DNA from: Mobula hypostoma
Lineage: Eukaryota
DNA: 64,000 nt
Direction of reading: 5' to 3'
Assembly (NCBI RefSeq): GCF_963921235.1
Contig: NC_086108.1
Location: forward strand, 80,602,001 to 80,666,000
The notes beneath the pieces are model-generated. The model made no database searches and was not told where the DNA came from. It saw only the letters and a list, made by a program, of their open reading frames with translations. Positions 1 through 12,261 of the stretch are shown here, piece after piece. Every line of letters starts with the position of its first letter. Positions within the stretch are counted from its first letter, which is position 1. The translations under genes were made by a program, and so were the position numbers.

Positions 1-1820
1 CAATGTCTTTGTCATTAATTGGCCGGATCAATGCTGTCAAGATGATTATTTTACCTACATTTTTATACTTATTTCAAGTGTTGCCAATTTTTATTCCGAA
101 ATCCTTTTTTGATAATGTTGACTCAAAAATTTCTTCATACATATGGCTAACAAAAATCCCAGATTAGGTAAAAGATACTTACAGAAGTCCAAAAAGGAGG
201 GTGGTTTGGCATTGCCCAACTTTAGATTTTACTATTGGGCAATTAATATTCGATATTTAAAATTTTGGACATGGAATTTGGATACAATTTTTAGTCCACA
301 TTGGGTAAATCTTGAATGTAAATCTGTACAAGGGTTTTCATTGGGTTCTATTTTAGGGACCTTGCTTCCCTTTGTTCTTTCAAAATTGGATAAACAAATG
401 AATAATCCAATAGTTAAATATACTCTTCGAATATGGTTGCAATTTCGAAAATTTTTTGGGTTGAATCAATTTATTTTAGTAAGCCCTATTATATCTGATT
501 TTTTTTCAACCCTCTATTATGGACCAAGCCTATTTAGTCTGGAAAGCAAAAGGTATAATACGATTTCGTGATATATTTTCGGATAATTATTTCATGTTTT
601 TGGAACAATTATCTAATAAATATAATTTACCTAGATCTCACTTCTTCAGATATTTACAGATTAGAAACTTTTTATATACTGTTCTTACTACCTTTCCGAA
701 TCTATATCCAATGGATATCATGGAAAAAATTTTAGATTTAAATCCCTCTCAGAAAGGTTTAATAGCAATTATTTATAATATGTTTATGAAAATAAATCCA
801 GATGTATTTAATAAAATTAAGAACGATTGGGAAAGGGAACTTAACCTCACTTTACCTACAGAAAAATGGGAAAAAAATTTCAATTAGTTAATTCTTCCTC
901 TATATGTGCTAAACATGCATTGATACAGTTTAAAGTAGTACAAAGGGTTCATATGTCTAAGGATAAATTAACCTGTTATTACTCTCATATAAATCCTATA
1001 TGTGACAGATAGTCATAGTCATAGTCATACTTTATTGATCCCGAGGGAAATTGGGTTTCGGTACAGTTGCACCAATCAGGAATAGAGTATCTGAGATAGC
1101 TTCCTTAACTCATATGTTTTGGTCATGTCCTCTGTTGAAGAAATATTGGAAAGATATCTTTGATATTATTTCAACTGTTCTGGATATTGATTTACAACCT
1201 CACCCCATTACTGCAATTTTTGGTTTACCAGTGATAGAACAAAGTCACTTGACCTCTTCATCTTGTTGGATGATTGCATTTGTTACATTAATGGTTAGAA
1301 GATCCATACTATTGAATTAGAAAGAGATTAATCCTCCCACTACATTTCAATGGTTCTCTCAAACTATATCATGTTTAAATTTAGAAAAAATTAGAAGTTT
1401 CATTTATGATCCTTCTATTAAATTTGAAGAGACTTGGAGGCCATTTATTCAATACTTTCATACGATGTAATTTGACTCTCTCCAATTCTATTCTGCTACT
1501 TTTAAATATATGGAGAGAGGAGCGGAGTTAATGACACTATTGGTTTTATCTGATGTAACATAAAAAAGAAAAAGAAATGGGCTTATTGGGGTATATATTT
1601 TTTTCTTATTTTCTTTTTCCATGATATTTTTGTATATATTTTTGTCTATATATTATTATATTTGTACTCTGTAAGATTTTGGGAGGTTATTATCTGTGTG
1701 TTAACTGTGCTTATATTTATATATACTAATTATTAACAATGTAATCCCAGTAGCTTTGTATCAATTCTTTGTAATGTTTAAGAATTTGATATTAATAAAA
1801 AGATTGAAAAAGAAAGAAAG
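1..1820 (+). mobile_element. L1/Tx1-clade LINE, 3' part of ORF2 plus 3'UTR, frameshifted
   Basis: ORF fragments include KKEGGLALPNFRFYYWA and a C-terminal zinc-knuckle region (PICDR...SLTHMFWSCP). It ends in AATAAA plus an A-rich tail at ~1794-1820. Confidence 0.9.
1009..1088 (-). mobile_element. ~80-bp Rex/Babar LINE 3' tail inserted into the L1 zinc knuckle
   Basis: (AGTCAT)n followed by actttattgatcccgagggaaattgg...cagttgcacca, the same tail seen at 23476 (-) and 53238-53322 (+). Confidence 0.85.
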
Positions 1821-2506
1821 ATTCACCTCTTCACTCCCAGAGTGGGTGCAGGGAATGAAAACATTGTTGAGAAAGTGAATTTAACAAGTATAGCTGACCC
1901 AGATGTGTTGGAAGTCCAAGAGATTCGTGTCCCATTTCTGGAGAACTGGCACAACACAACTGAGGTCTTCTGGTTAAGATCCCAGCTCTAAAAGCTATGA
2001 ATTGATAAATGAACCAGGTACAAAAATACATCCCTGGATTATTAAAAAAGTCCCAGTGATCCTCACACTACATAGGTGTTAAAGGAACAACTTATTTGCT
2101 TTTACACTGAGCACCAAACAGTGAACATCTTAGAAAGATGATACCTCACTTCTCAGTGACCTATGTTCAATCCAGACCACTGGTGTTATCTGGTGAAGTC
2201 TGCATTTAGCAGTTGGTTTAATGGCCGTTGTAATAATTTCCCCACGAAAGGGAGGCATCTCGGTTGCAGGTGGGGGCTGATGGAAATGCCAACAGCATAG
2301 ATTACGGGAAAAATTTTGATGATGTGGGTAATGGGATTGCTCTGTGAGCCAAGATAGACTCAACGAGCCAAATGAAAATTTGGAATTAAATACACATAAA
2401 AATCAAATATTATGTTATGAGATTAGTACCTAAAATGTAAGTTTCTATAAGATAAAATTAAGAAAGAACAGAAGAGCCATGTCAGAATTCACATGATTAT
2501 ACTTAC

Positions 2507-2638
2507 TGAGTTAACATGTGCCCATTCTCTGACAAAGTTAATTAAATCAGGCTCATCAATAGTGAGCATGTCACTTTGCAGAATGACAAGCATGGCAGGA
2601 TCAGAAAGTTCATGGAAGCCTTGGGTCTTCACAATACT
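2507..2638 (-). CDS. BTBD19: BTBD19-like coding exon (BACK domain; equivalent to human exon 6), 132 nt, phase 0-0
   Basis: The minus strand reads tttgcctgcag|AGT ATT GTG...GTT AAC TCA|gtaagt and translates to SIVKTQGFHELSDPAMLVILQSDMLTIDEPDLINFVREWAHVNS. This aligns with human BTBD19 EALRTRGFLELSAAALLPLLRSDKLCVDEAELVRAARSWARVGA (recalled, same 44-aa length). Splice sites are canonical. Confidence 0.9.
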
Positions 2639-4261
2639 CTGCAGGCAAATCAAATGATTCTACTCATTAAAACTGCCTGTGTAAGTAGAAAGGAAATTAT
2701 ACATTTGAGTATACCATCTGTTTAATTAATTCTGTTTGAATATTCAGGACTCAATACACAAAGATTTTCAACACACAGAATCAGTCACGTTTGGAATACC
2801 AAGTCAATGTCTAGTCATCAAGTTTTTTTTTTCTGTTATTTACTTCCACTTGGAGATTTTGTCTCCCTTCTGTGTTTCTTCTAAAATGTATAGATTTTCT
2901 TATCTCTGTCTGTTTCATTGCGCTTTGCAATCAATTCTACTTGGCTGTAGACGATGCAGCCATTTGAGGTAAAATTAATCTAATTGATATGTTCTTGGTA
3001 TTAGATTAGTGAAAGCATTCTGTTCTGTTCCAGAATTCCACAATAAAGATTCGAGACTGACGTCACTGTGGAGGGAGTTGAGTGTTATCAGCAGGTCATT
3101 TTTCCCAGTATTACAATTTAACATGTACCACATGGCTGGAAGGTGATTTAAGGCATCTTAGGCTCATGCAAACTATTTAAATGCAAGTTTTTACTTTCCC
3201 CTTTGGTCTTTCTCTTATTCTTTCAGTCTGCACAGGTTGAATAATTCAACCTCAGAAGTCAATTTGATAGCTAAGCACAAATTCATCCTCACCCATTACC
3301 AGTACATGTACGTTCCAGCAGAACCCACCAGACTACAATCCAGAGTAGCACCTGATCTATTTTTCTCATTTCATTCCCTGGGAATCATCAAGCCTATTAT
3401 GAAACTCCACAACATGCTGAAATCAACCATCTCAGCCTAAGATTAGATTTGAGTTTGCTCTAAAAAGCAATGCAGAGACCATTTATTAAATTGTCAGGAT
3501 TATGCTCTTTCTCTTCACCATATAGGTTCTTGTGAAGAGAGTGACTATGAAAAAGAGATTTTTGCTCCTTTCACATGAATGGTTAGTCTTAACAAAATCT
3601 ACATTGATATTATCGCACTTTTCCATAGTCAACTCCATTTGTTATAGTTTTGCCCATTCACTCGTCAATTTTTTAACTTCCTGCTCCTAATCCTAACATT
3701 TACCATGCCTTCTGGGTTCATTTGCAAACTTGATTGTTAAATATTTATTTTTTCATTCAGGTTATCTGAAACCCCAAGGACCTTGAGGAACATCATTGGT
3801 CTCAATGCTCAATAAACATTCCCTTCAGCCCCACTCCATACCTTCTGCCTCTTAACCGATACTGCAAAGCTGTACTTCCAATTCTGTAGACATTAATTTC
3901 CTTAATAACCTCATATAGAAGCATATCAATACCCTTTAGCAATCAGAAATTTAAAATACCCAAGAGGCACTCCCAGAAGAAAAAAAATGTGGATCAAAAT
4001 ATGACAGCAATAACCGGAAATATGTTTGCTCCTTTGGTTAGGAAGCAGTTCAAATCATATTCTTTGATGGCACTGTAGCCTCTAAGTACTTCACAATTTC
4101 CCCACAGCCCGTTAGAGTGACAAAAGGAACTGTCTTTCTCAGTTACACTTTGCAAACTATTTAAATAGTAAAAGCAGCTCAGGTAAACATTTTATACAGT
4201 ATTAAATTTAAAATTTATTTAAATCATGCATCCATCGCACACCGTGAGGGATCTTTGCGTT

Positions 4262-4850
4262 ATGACTCTGTTGCAATGTAGACATATGAATTTAAAAGTC
4301 TAATGGCTCGTAGAAAGAAGCTGTCCCGTAGCTTCCTGACTTTGATGCCGCGGTACCGTTTGCCAGACGGAAACAGCTGAAACAGTTTATGGTTGGCGAT
4401 TAGTGTCCCCGTCATCTGCCAGACCTTCTTTCTGCACCTGCTGGAGGGAAGTTCACATCCACAGATGCACTGGACTGTCTGCACCACTCTCTGCAGTGCC
4501 CAGCGATCAAGGTTCGTGCAGTGTCCATACCAGGTGGTGATACAGCCAGTCAGAATGCTCTGAATGGTGCCCCTGTAGAAGGTCTTGAGGATCTGGGGCC
4601 AAACTGGGGCCATTCCTGGAATGATTAGCAACAACTTCAAGCATTGCTTGCTGCCGCTTACGCACGGGAGGGGGGAGGTGTGGGGGGGGACTTTGGGGTT
4701 TTCACATTTAACTGTTGCTCATTCTTTGGGGCAGGATGTATATTGTATACATTTTTCTGACATTAAACTTGACCTTTGAACTTCTTCAGTTGCCTGAGGT
4801 GGAAGAGACACCGTTGTGCTTTTTTTTGCTACAAAGCCGGTGTGAACAAC
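4262..4850 (-). mobile_element. Rex/Babar-type LINE 3' fragment, interrupted at ~4606-4778
   Basis: ORF 4260-4640 contains ILKTFYRGTIQSILTGCITTWYG...LFQLFPSGKRYR...LRDSFF, the C-terminal region typical of Rex-like ORF2. Confidence 0.8.
4642..4780 (+). mobile_element. 3' end of the non-coding element family seen at 24836-25607
   Basis: Near-identical to 25424-25601 (gctgccgcttac...ggactttggggtt...caggatgtatattgtatacattt..tgacattaaa..gacctttgaac). Confidence 0.8.
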
Positions 4851-7800
4851 CTAACCCATATGTGATTTATTCCACCACTTCTCCAGCGGGGTAACACTGC
4901 ATCTGAGGGCTACTTCAGTACAGTAGTCCTGTGACTTCTGTAGTACACTTCGCACTTCTCAAAGACAGTAGCAAATAAAGTCAACAGTTTGACACCTACA
5001 ACTTGGACTCTATTTGCATTTATGTTAATTTAATGGAAATAAAAACCTGCACTGCCTGTAGACTGTAGTGGGAGTATGAAATTTAGGTACCTAGAAATTA
5101 ATTCATTGATAGGAGCCGCAGAAAATTATATTGACACCTTGTTACATTGAGACCAGGAGTGCGGTCAATTTAAATTGCACCAGTTATTGCTTGTGGTCTT
5201 GTGGTTAAAAATCAGACAACATTGAAACAATTAACAATGTCCCATTATTTTACATGGAGAGCTGCATTATAGCTATAGGGAGGAAAAGACAGTTTAATAC
5301 AAGGCAATGTGACTGGAAGAACTATTTTGCAGGTGAAGTTACAGTCCCTTTTCCAGGGAATTCACATGAGGAGTATGTGGGAGACACAGAAGAGAGAGTC
5401 ATCAGTAATGTACAAATCTGAGACAGGTGATTGGGATGATCAATCGGGGGAGTATATCTAGAAGGGGAGAACACAATATTGAGAAGACTGCTTCAAACTG
5501 TATCTCATTCCTGGAATGATTAGCGACAACTTCAAGTGTACCGCAAGAGCTCCATGGAAAATGGCTTATACCGTCCTTTATCAGGATAAAAATTCAGCCA
5601 GTACTCCAAAAGCAAATCTAATAGAACACGCTTGAAGGAAATAAAATACTTCCAGGGAAAGCAATTACTTTGGGAATTAAAAAAAAAGTTATTCCAAAAC
5701 AATCAATTCAGTCTCACAAAAGAAAACAAATATCGCCCAGAGATTGATGAGCATTTTTCAGGGGATATTAGCAACTAATCACATAATATTAAAGGGCTCT
5801 CCAGTTAGCCCTGATGCAGATCCTTCTGTATGGTTAGTACCAAATTTGCCGGGGACATTTGTCACGTACTGAATTGCTTGCTGGGAGAGTAGAGTCAGAC
5901 TGGACAGGGAAATGAGAAGAGGGGAAAGGGGCTGCTGGGGCTGATCTTGTGGGAGCAGGTGTGTAACCAAGAGCCAAATGACCTACACTGCCATTGCAAC
6001 TGTTAAACAAGAATTTCACAAAAGGATCCCAAAACTAGCATTTATCCTTTATTTATGTATTACAACAAAGATCCTGCATGTTTCTAATGTATGAATTGAA
6101 TGACTAAAGAGTGTCTTGTACAACATGGAGACTTAAACTAAAGGCTTCCAGGATAGGCATATAGGAACACTATCCTATCCAAAACCAGTGCCACACAATC
6201 AGACTTGTTAACTCTTACTAATGACACATTTTGCTGGTCAACTTTATTATAGGAAATGACTGCTAACCCAAGAAAAAAACTCTGCTTCAAAAATTTGCTT
6301 CATTTCTAAAAACGCTTTTGTTACACACTGAAATTAGTAGAAGTGGTAATAATTTCAACTAAGAAATACCAACACATTCCCTGCATTTGGTGATCTCCCC
6401 CTCTGTTAAATACTCATTTTATCTCATGCTGTCGTGGGACAAAGGTCCTAATGAGCTATTCTTAGCACAGTAAGCTGGTAAGAGGAAGCAATTAGTCACA
6501 TCCAGCAGCTAAATTGAGCAAAATAACTAAAGTTTAACAACGCAAACACGAGGAAACTTGCTGATACATTGCTACCATTCTTTGTATTTCCTGGGTCAGA
6601 ATAAGTTTATCACCATACCGCTTACTTTCTCAGCACCCCTGAGAAACTTTACACTTACATTGGTTTCATTTTGATTGTTTCCTGACAGAATGGCAGACTT
6701 TTGTTTCTGTGTGTTTACAATCTGTAACAACAGCAACTGCCCAGTGACTTAGCACAAGCAAGTGTCAATGTAAAAATACCTTCAGTGCTTCATGCTCAGA
6801 TATGCACTCGGCGTAATTTGCTTCTATTTATGTGAGGCGGGAGAAGTGGGGAGACAGGGAATGTCCAATCACGACATTACAGCCAAGGTGGTGTGGTACA
6901 CACTTTGACGGACCAGCTGTTTTCTCTACTACCGTCAACTTTACAGAGTTATATATACAGTATTTGCAAAGCAAAGGTGAATTTAAATATGATTCAGATT
7001 TTCGAAAATAAAAGGATCAATACAGGGAGCAATTTGTAAAATGCAAAAATCTTTTAGAATTTTTACAAGCCATTAAAAAAATTAACCAGAACAAAGGCTT
7101 GGAGTTAATTAATATATTCATACAGACCATGATTTTTCATAACTAGGAATAGATCAGTGGTAGGGAGCACCTCAGTTAGTCTTACTTTGGTAGGCAGAAA
7201 TCAACCAAAGTTTAGGGTCTAGAGCAACTTGCCAGAGCGTGCGTATGCGGAACAAGATGAGAGAATATATAGTTTATTTACTATGCACAGTCAAACAGCC
7301 TGCTGACATTTTATAATCAATTTTAATTGTTTGTATAAAATGTGGGAGTGAGATCTGGCTCTTGTGGCCTAGGATATTTTGGTTTGCAGCTTCATGGTCT
7401 TCAACCTTCTGATTAAATCTAACAGAAGAATACTTTCTTCAGTAGCAAGATAAGCAATTGCTGGTTCCGGGATAAGTGGTTGGACTAATGGGCGTAGCTT
7501 TGTGGAGGCAAGGGGAAGAGGAAGTTGTCAGGTGAGGCAAAGAGGCTGAGTTTCTTTTCCTTCTGGCTCTCTGGTCCACAAGGGAAATGTGCTAAAATTA
7601 ACCCAACTATCTGGGCTGTTCTTACCCCCAGTTCTCCTTGACACCAGGCTGTTACTACAGATAAAATTATTGTGAAGTACTTGGAGTAAAATTGCTGTTG
7701 GCCCCAGTGAGATCATCAGAGCCCAAACTCCATGTTTAAGGGATTCTATCTCCTTCTGGAGGATGTCCCTTGAAAGAGCTGGTCGTAATTGCAACCAAGA

Positions 7801-8109
7801 ATTAAGCAGCAGGTTCAATGGAGATATATTTTGCAGCCATTACATGTCTGTTTCACCGAACAGAGAGAACTAAAATTAGACCTTTGAGGTTAAAGATCTT
7901 CAGCTGAAAATTACCAGGGTGGGAACTATCAGCATGTAAGCAGATGCGCTAAGATTGAAAAGTCAGGAGAAGAAAGCTGGTTAAAAGACACCCATGTATG
8001 TTGCTGAATAGTAACAATTACCATGCAATGTCAAAACATACTTAATAACATGTAGTACAATGCCCTAGGTGTGCAGATCTTGTTGCTGCCTCAGGAAAGT
8101 AACCAGCGC

Positions 8110-8470
8110 AATTAAAGACCTCACCCACCCCAGACATTCTCTCTTCTCTCCTTTACAATCAAGCAGAAAATACAAAAGCAGAAAGCACGTACCATCAGGC
8201 TCAAGGACAGGTTCTACCCTGATGTTATTAAGTGGTCCATTAGTATGATGAGATGGACTCTTATCCTCAGGATCTATCTAGTTATGATCTTGCACCTTAT
8301 TATATACCTGCACTGCACTTTCTTTGTAGCTGTTACACTTCATTCTGCATTCTGCTAGTGTTTTACCTCAATGTGCTGTGTAATTGCTTGATCTGTCCGA
8401 ACAGTACGCAAGACAAGTTTTTCCACTTTATCTCAGTATGTGTAAGAATAATAAAGCAATTCCAATTCCA
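8110..8470 (+). mobile_element. Old Rex/Babar LINE 3' remnant
   Basis: Degraded IKDLTHP.HSLFS.L...R...RLKDRFYP coding remnant followed by an aataaa and (CCAATT)n tail. Confidence 0.65.
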
Positions 8471-8816
8471 GAGAGGACTCCAGTAAATACCATTAGAGGA
8501 ACTTGGCAGAGGAGTTCTAAAGGTAAGTCTGAGAGGTCAGTAGCAGTATGAAATAACGAAGTTCCAAACTCTGGGACCGTAATAATTACAGAATTCCCAA
8601 TGGTGCTGGAATGGAAGGGGTACATTTTGCATACAATAAGATGGTTGCAGAAATTAAAAGTATGCCAAGAAGGTAACGAAAGTGATCAACATCGTACAAA
8701 TAAACTTCCATACCAGTGGGGGTCAACATTCCCCAGGATGCTGTGGCTACTCATTTATGCCATATGACCAATTGGAAATAAACTTCCAGTACTTCTGAAA
8801 TTCTGTCTTTCAAAAG

Positions 8817-9105
8817 CTCAAAGTTCAAAGCAAATTCATTATCAAAGTACATACATGTCACCATACACAAAGTTCAGATTTATTCTTTGTAAGCATTCAC
8901 AGAAAACAAAACTAGGAAAATAATAATAATAAATAAATGAGCAATAAATATCGAGAACATGAGACGAAGAATCCTTGAAAGTGAGTCCGTAGGTTGTGGA
9001 AATTGTTCAGTGATGGGGTGAATGAAGTTGAGTGAAACTATCCCCTCTGATTCTAAAGGCTGATGGTTGAGGGGTAATAACTAGTCCCGAACCTGATGGT
9101 GTGAC
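8817..9105 (-). mobile_element. Rex/Babar LINE 3'UTR remnant
   Basis: aagttcaaag..attatcaaagtacatacatgtcacc...tgatggttgaggggtaataact, the same family as 16469-17395. Confidence 0.65.
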
Positions 9106-9120
9106 AGCTTAAAGTTTAGA

Positions 9121-9298
9121 GACAAGAGATTCTGCAGATGCTGGAAATGCAGAATAACACACATAAACTGCTGGGAGGAACCCGGGTCCTGATAGTTGGC
9201 CAGAAATACAGTTTCTGTTCCTTTCCAACAGAGTCTACATTTCAGGCCGAGACCCTTCACCAGGACCTGGGTTCCTCCAGCATTTTGTGTGTGTTACT
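9121..9298. mobile_element. Penelope-derived short fold-back element
   Basis: Penelope terminal motif ttctgcagatgctggaaat, inverted arms (aacacaca..tgctgggaggaacccgggtcctg / caggacctgggttcctccagca..tgtgtgtt) and a degenerate hammerhead core. Confidence 0.7.
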
Positions 9299-9709
9299 TG
9301 AACAGCTTAAAGAACAGAAGCAAGACAAAATCTAGCTTAAGTATGTCCAGATCATAAAACTAAATCATACTGTGCACATCCTAGGAAAGCAGAACACAAT
9401 CTCTATAACTGTCTGTCATAAATAACCCAGTAACAAGTTAATTAAAATATCTTGTTTATAAATAAGTTATTGCTGTGGCACCATGCAACAATCAACAGCA
9501 TGCTTGTTTCAAACTAATACTTATACTCTTCAAGTTTGGAAGACCCCATACATGATAAAACACCAATCTTTCAATCTGCTTCAATGTGAACTTCATGTGG
9601 TCCGAGCTTGATTACAATTGATCTCTTTTGTAAAGTGAGTAAATAAACCAATTCATCTAAAAGGGACGGCAACCACTTGGTGTAAAAATTGGCCTTTCTC
9701 AATACCTAC

Positions 9710-9778
9710 TTTAGTGTGGCTCTGGATGAAAGTCAAACATTTGTCTTTCATGTCAGTCTGTCTGTATGTCACCGCCGC
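9710..9778 (-). CDS. BTBD19: BTBD19-like coding exon (equivalent to human exon 5), 69 nt, phase 0-0
   Basis: The minus strand reads tttgtattttcacag|GCG GCG GTG...CAC ACT AAA|gtaggt and translates to AAVTYRQTDMKDKCLTFIQSHTK. This matches human VAVTFGLGQLQERCVAFIEAHSQ (23 aa) and splices in frame to the 2507-2638 exon across a 7071-nt intron. Confidence 0.88.
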
Positions 9779-10421
9779 CTGTGAAAATACAAAGCGATAA
9801 ATTATGAATATCTTACAGGCCTTTGCTGTTGAGAAACATTGTGCACTCACACATGGTACAGGTGACAAAGGAATCTATTCAAACTGCACAACCACTCACC
9901 CTGAACTCTATTCACACACCTCCTTAAAAATTACTACCAGATTATCCTGGCTGCCAGTAAAACTAAGGTTATTTGCCATCATGATTCCATGAAACTGTCA
10001 AGAAACTCTGTTCTTGCCAGGCTATCTGTGGTTTAACACTAAAATAATGAACTTGCTACAAAGGATTCTATGCATTTCCCCTGGCTGTTTCCATAGTCGA
10101 TTACAGAGATACATGATGATGGCATACTTCAAGAAATCTGGCAATAATACAAGTTGACCATTACAAAATGGCCTAAATTTTAAAACACGCAACAATTTTT
10201 GTTGATTTCATATTTCTGCATACAATCAGAGCCAGTAAGAAGGGGATCAAATCACAATCATCCACACCTCCCCCAGCACTAAAATTATCATTGACGTGCC
10301 TTTTGCAATGCTCAGACAAAGTTGCTTCCTGGAATAAAATCTGCGCTTGAACCTCACTCCCGCACAGGAAAAGCTCCACCAGTTTCGATGCCCCTAATGA
10401 GGCACTCACATAGTTCAACCT

Positions 10422-11398
10422 CGCAAACACGAGGAATTCTGCAGATGCTGGAAATTCAAGCAACACACATCAAAGTTGCTGGTGAACGCAGCAGGCCAGG
10501 CAGCATCTCTAGGAAGAGGTACAGTCGACGTTTCAGGCCGAGACCCTTCATCAGGACTAACTGAAGGAAGAGTTAGTAAGAGATTTAAAAGTGGGAGGGG
10601 GAGGGGGAGATCTGAAATGATAGGAGAAGACAGGAGGGGGAGGGATGGAGCCAAGAGCTGGACAGGTGATAGGCAAAAGGGATATGAGAGGATCATGGGA
10701 CAGGAGGCCCAGGGAGAAGGAAAAGGGGGAGGAGGGAACCCAGAGGATAGGCAAGGGGTACAGTCAGAGGGACAGAGGGAGAAAAAGGAGAGTGAGAGAA
10801 AGAATGTGTGTGTATATAAATAACGGATGGGGTACAAGGGGGAGGTGGGGCATTAGCGGAAGTTAGAGAAGTCAATGTTCATGCCATCAGGTTGGAGGCT
10901 AGCCAAACAGATAAGGTGTTGTTCCTTCAACCTGAGTGTGACTTCATTTTTACAGTAGAGGAGGCCGTGGATAGACATGTCAGAATGGGAATGGGAAGTG
11001 GAATTAAAATGTGTGGCCACTGGGAGATCCTGCTTTCTCTGGCGGACAGAGCGTAGGTGTTCAGCAAAATGATCTCCCAGTCTGTGTCGGGTCTCGCCAA
11101 TATATAGAAGGCCACATCGGGAGCACCGGACACAGTATATCACCCCAGCCGACTCACAGGTGAAGTGTCGCCTCACCTGGAAGGACTGTCTGGGGCCCTG
11201 AATGGTGGTAAGGGAGGAAGTGTAAGGGCATGTGTAGCGCTTGTTCCGCTTACAAGGATAAGTGCCAGGAGGGAGATCAGTGGGGAGGGATAGGGGGGAC
11301 GAATGGACAAGGGAGTCGCGTAGGGAGCGATCCTTGCGGAAAGCAGAGGGGGGAGGGAAAGATGTGCTTAATGGTGGGATCCCATTGGAGGTGGTGGA
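10422..11398 (-). mobile_element. Penelope-like retroelement, 5'-truncated, with GIY-YIG endonuclease remnant
   Basis: ORF 10853-11176 reads GVIYCVRCSRCGLLYIGETRHRLGDHFAEH...VATHFN...LKEQHLI. Flanked by the 10-bp direct repeat AGTTCAACCT (10412-10421 and 11399-11408). Confidence 0.92.
10522..10559 (-). ncRNA. Minimal type-I hammerhead ribozyme motif in the Penelope terminus
   Basis: The minus strand reads UAGUC-CUGAUGA-AGG GUCUCGG CCU-GAAA-C-GUC^GACUG, with both conserved core boxes, stem II, a GUC cleavage triplet and stem I UAGUC/GACUG. Confidence 0.75.
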
Positions 11399-12261
11399 AG
11401 TTCAACCTACTTGTTCATACTCTAGTACAGACACATTCAAACTGCAAACTCCTTATTGTGCTTCCCACCACAATATCTCGAACAGCCCTGCATTACTATT
11501 CACTGCACTGTTGAGTCATAGGATGCGTGCCAAAAACTTATAGCTATTGTCTCTTTTTTGCTTAAGCAACATAATGGCCCAGAGTCAAAAAACATGGGTT
11601 TGTGCAGCTGCCAAAGAAGACTTCTTGGCACTGCAATTTAGTGTGACAACTTTGGGACATTATCAGCACTTCTCCTATTGGCAGATGCGCCATACAGGCT
11701 CAGTGAGTCCAGCATTCTGCTATAAAGTAGGCTCCCTTATCCAGGAACAAGCTACAGGAGCCGTCTGAAAGAACTTTCAAGCATGTTTCTCCTGCAGAAA
11801 TAAATGTACAGCAGAAGAGGTGTGACTGGAGAAGGAGGAATTGAAATTGCGGTCCCAAAAGGAATAACATGTCTGTTCTACACTCCTCCCCTCAACCCTC
11901 CACTCTACACAAATAGAGATAAATGCCCTATGAGGAAAGGCAAAACCAATCTGCTATCTCAACACACTGGCATACAGAGATCTACGATCACATAGACCAC
12001 ATCACGTTAAGTACAGACAATAGGAGAAGGGACTGAGAGAGGTGGTAAAAAATATCCTTGGGTACTGTCAGAATTCACGTGATAGTTCAGCTCGCTTTTG
12101 TATCCTGTCTTTGTTGTGTCCCAATCTGTAGCTCTTGGCCTTCAAGGCATTGGAGGATGTGGGGTTGTCGAAGAAGCGTTGCCAAGTTGCTGCAGTACAT
12201 ACTGTAGGAAGCACTTACTACAGTCACAGTACTTCAATGGTGTAGAGAACGAATGTATATC

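Noticed and set aside
5870..5999. Exon-like minus-strand segment (ttgtttaacag|TTGCAATGG...AATTCA|gtacgt; CNGSVGHLALGYTPAPTRSAP...) between the two BTBD19 exons
   Set aside because: The open frame is incompatible with the phase-0 intron (phase 0 hits a TGA), and there is no recognisable homology. At best it is a poison exon, unsupported without RNA data.
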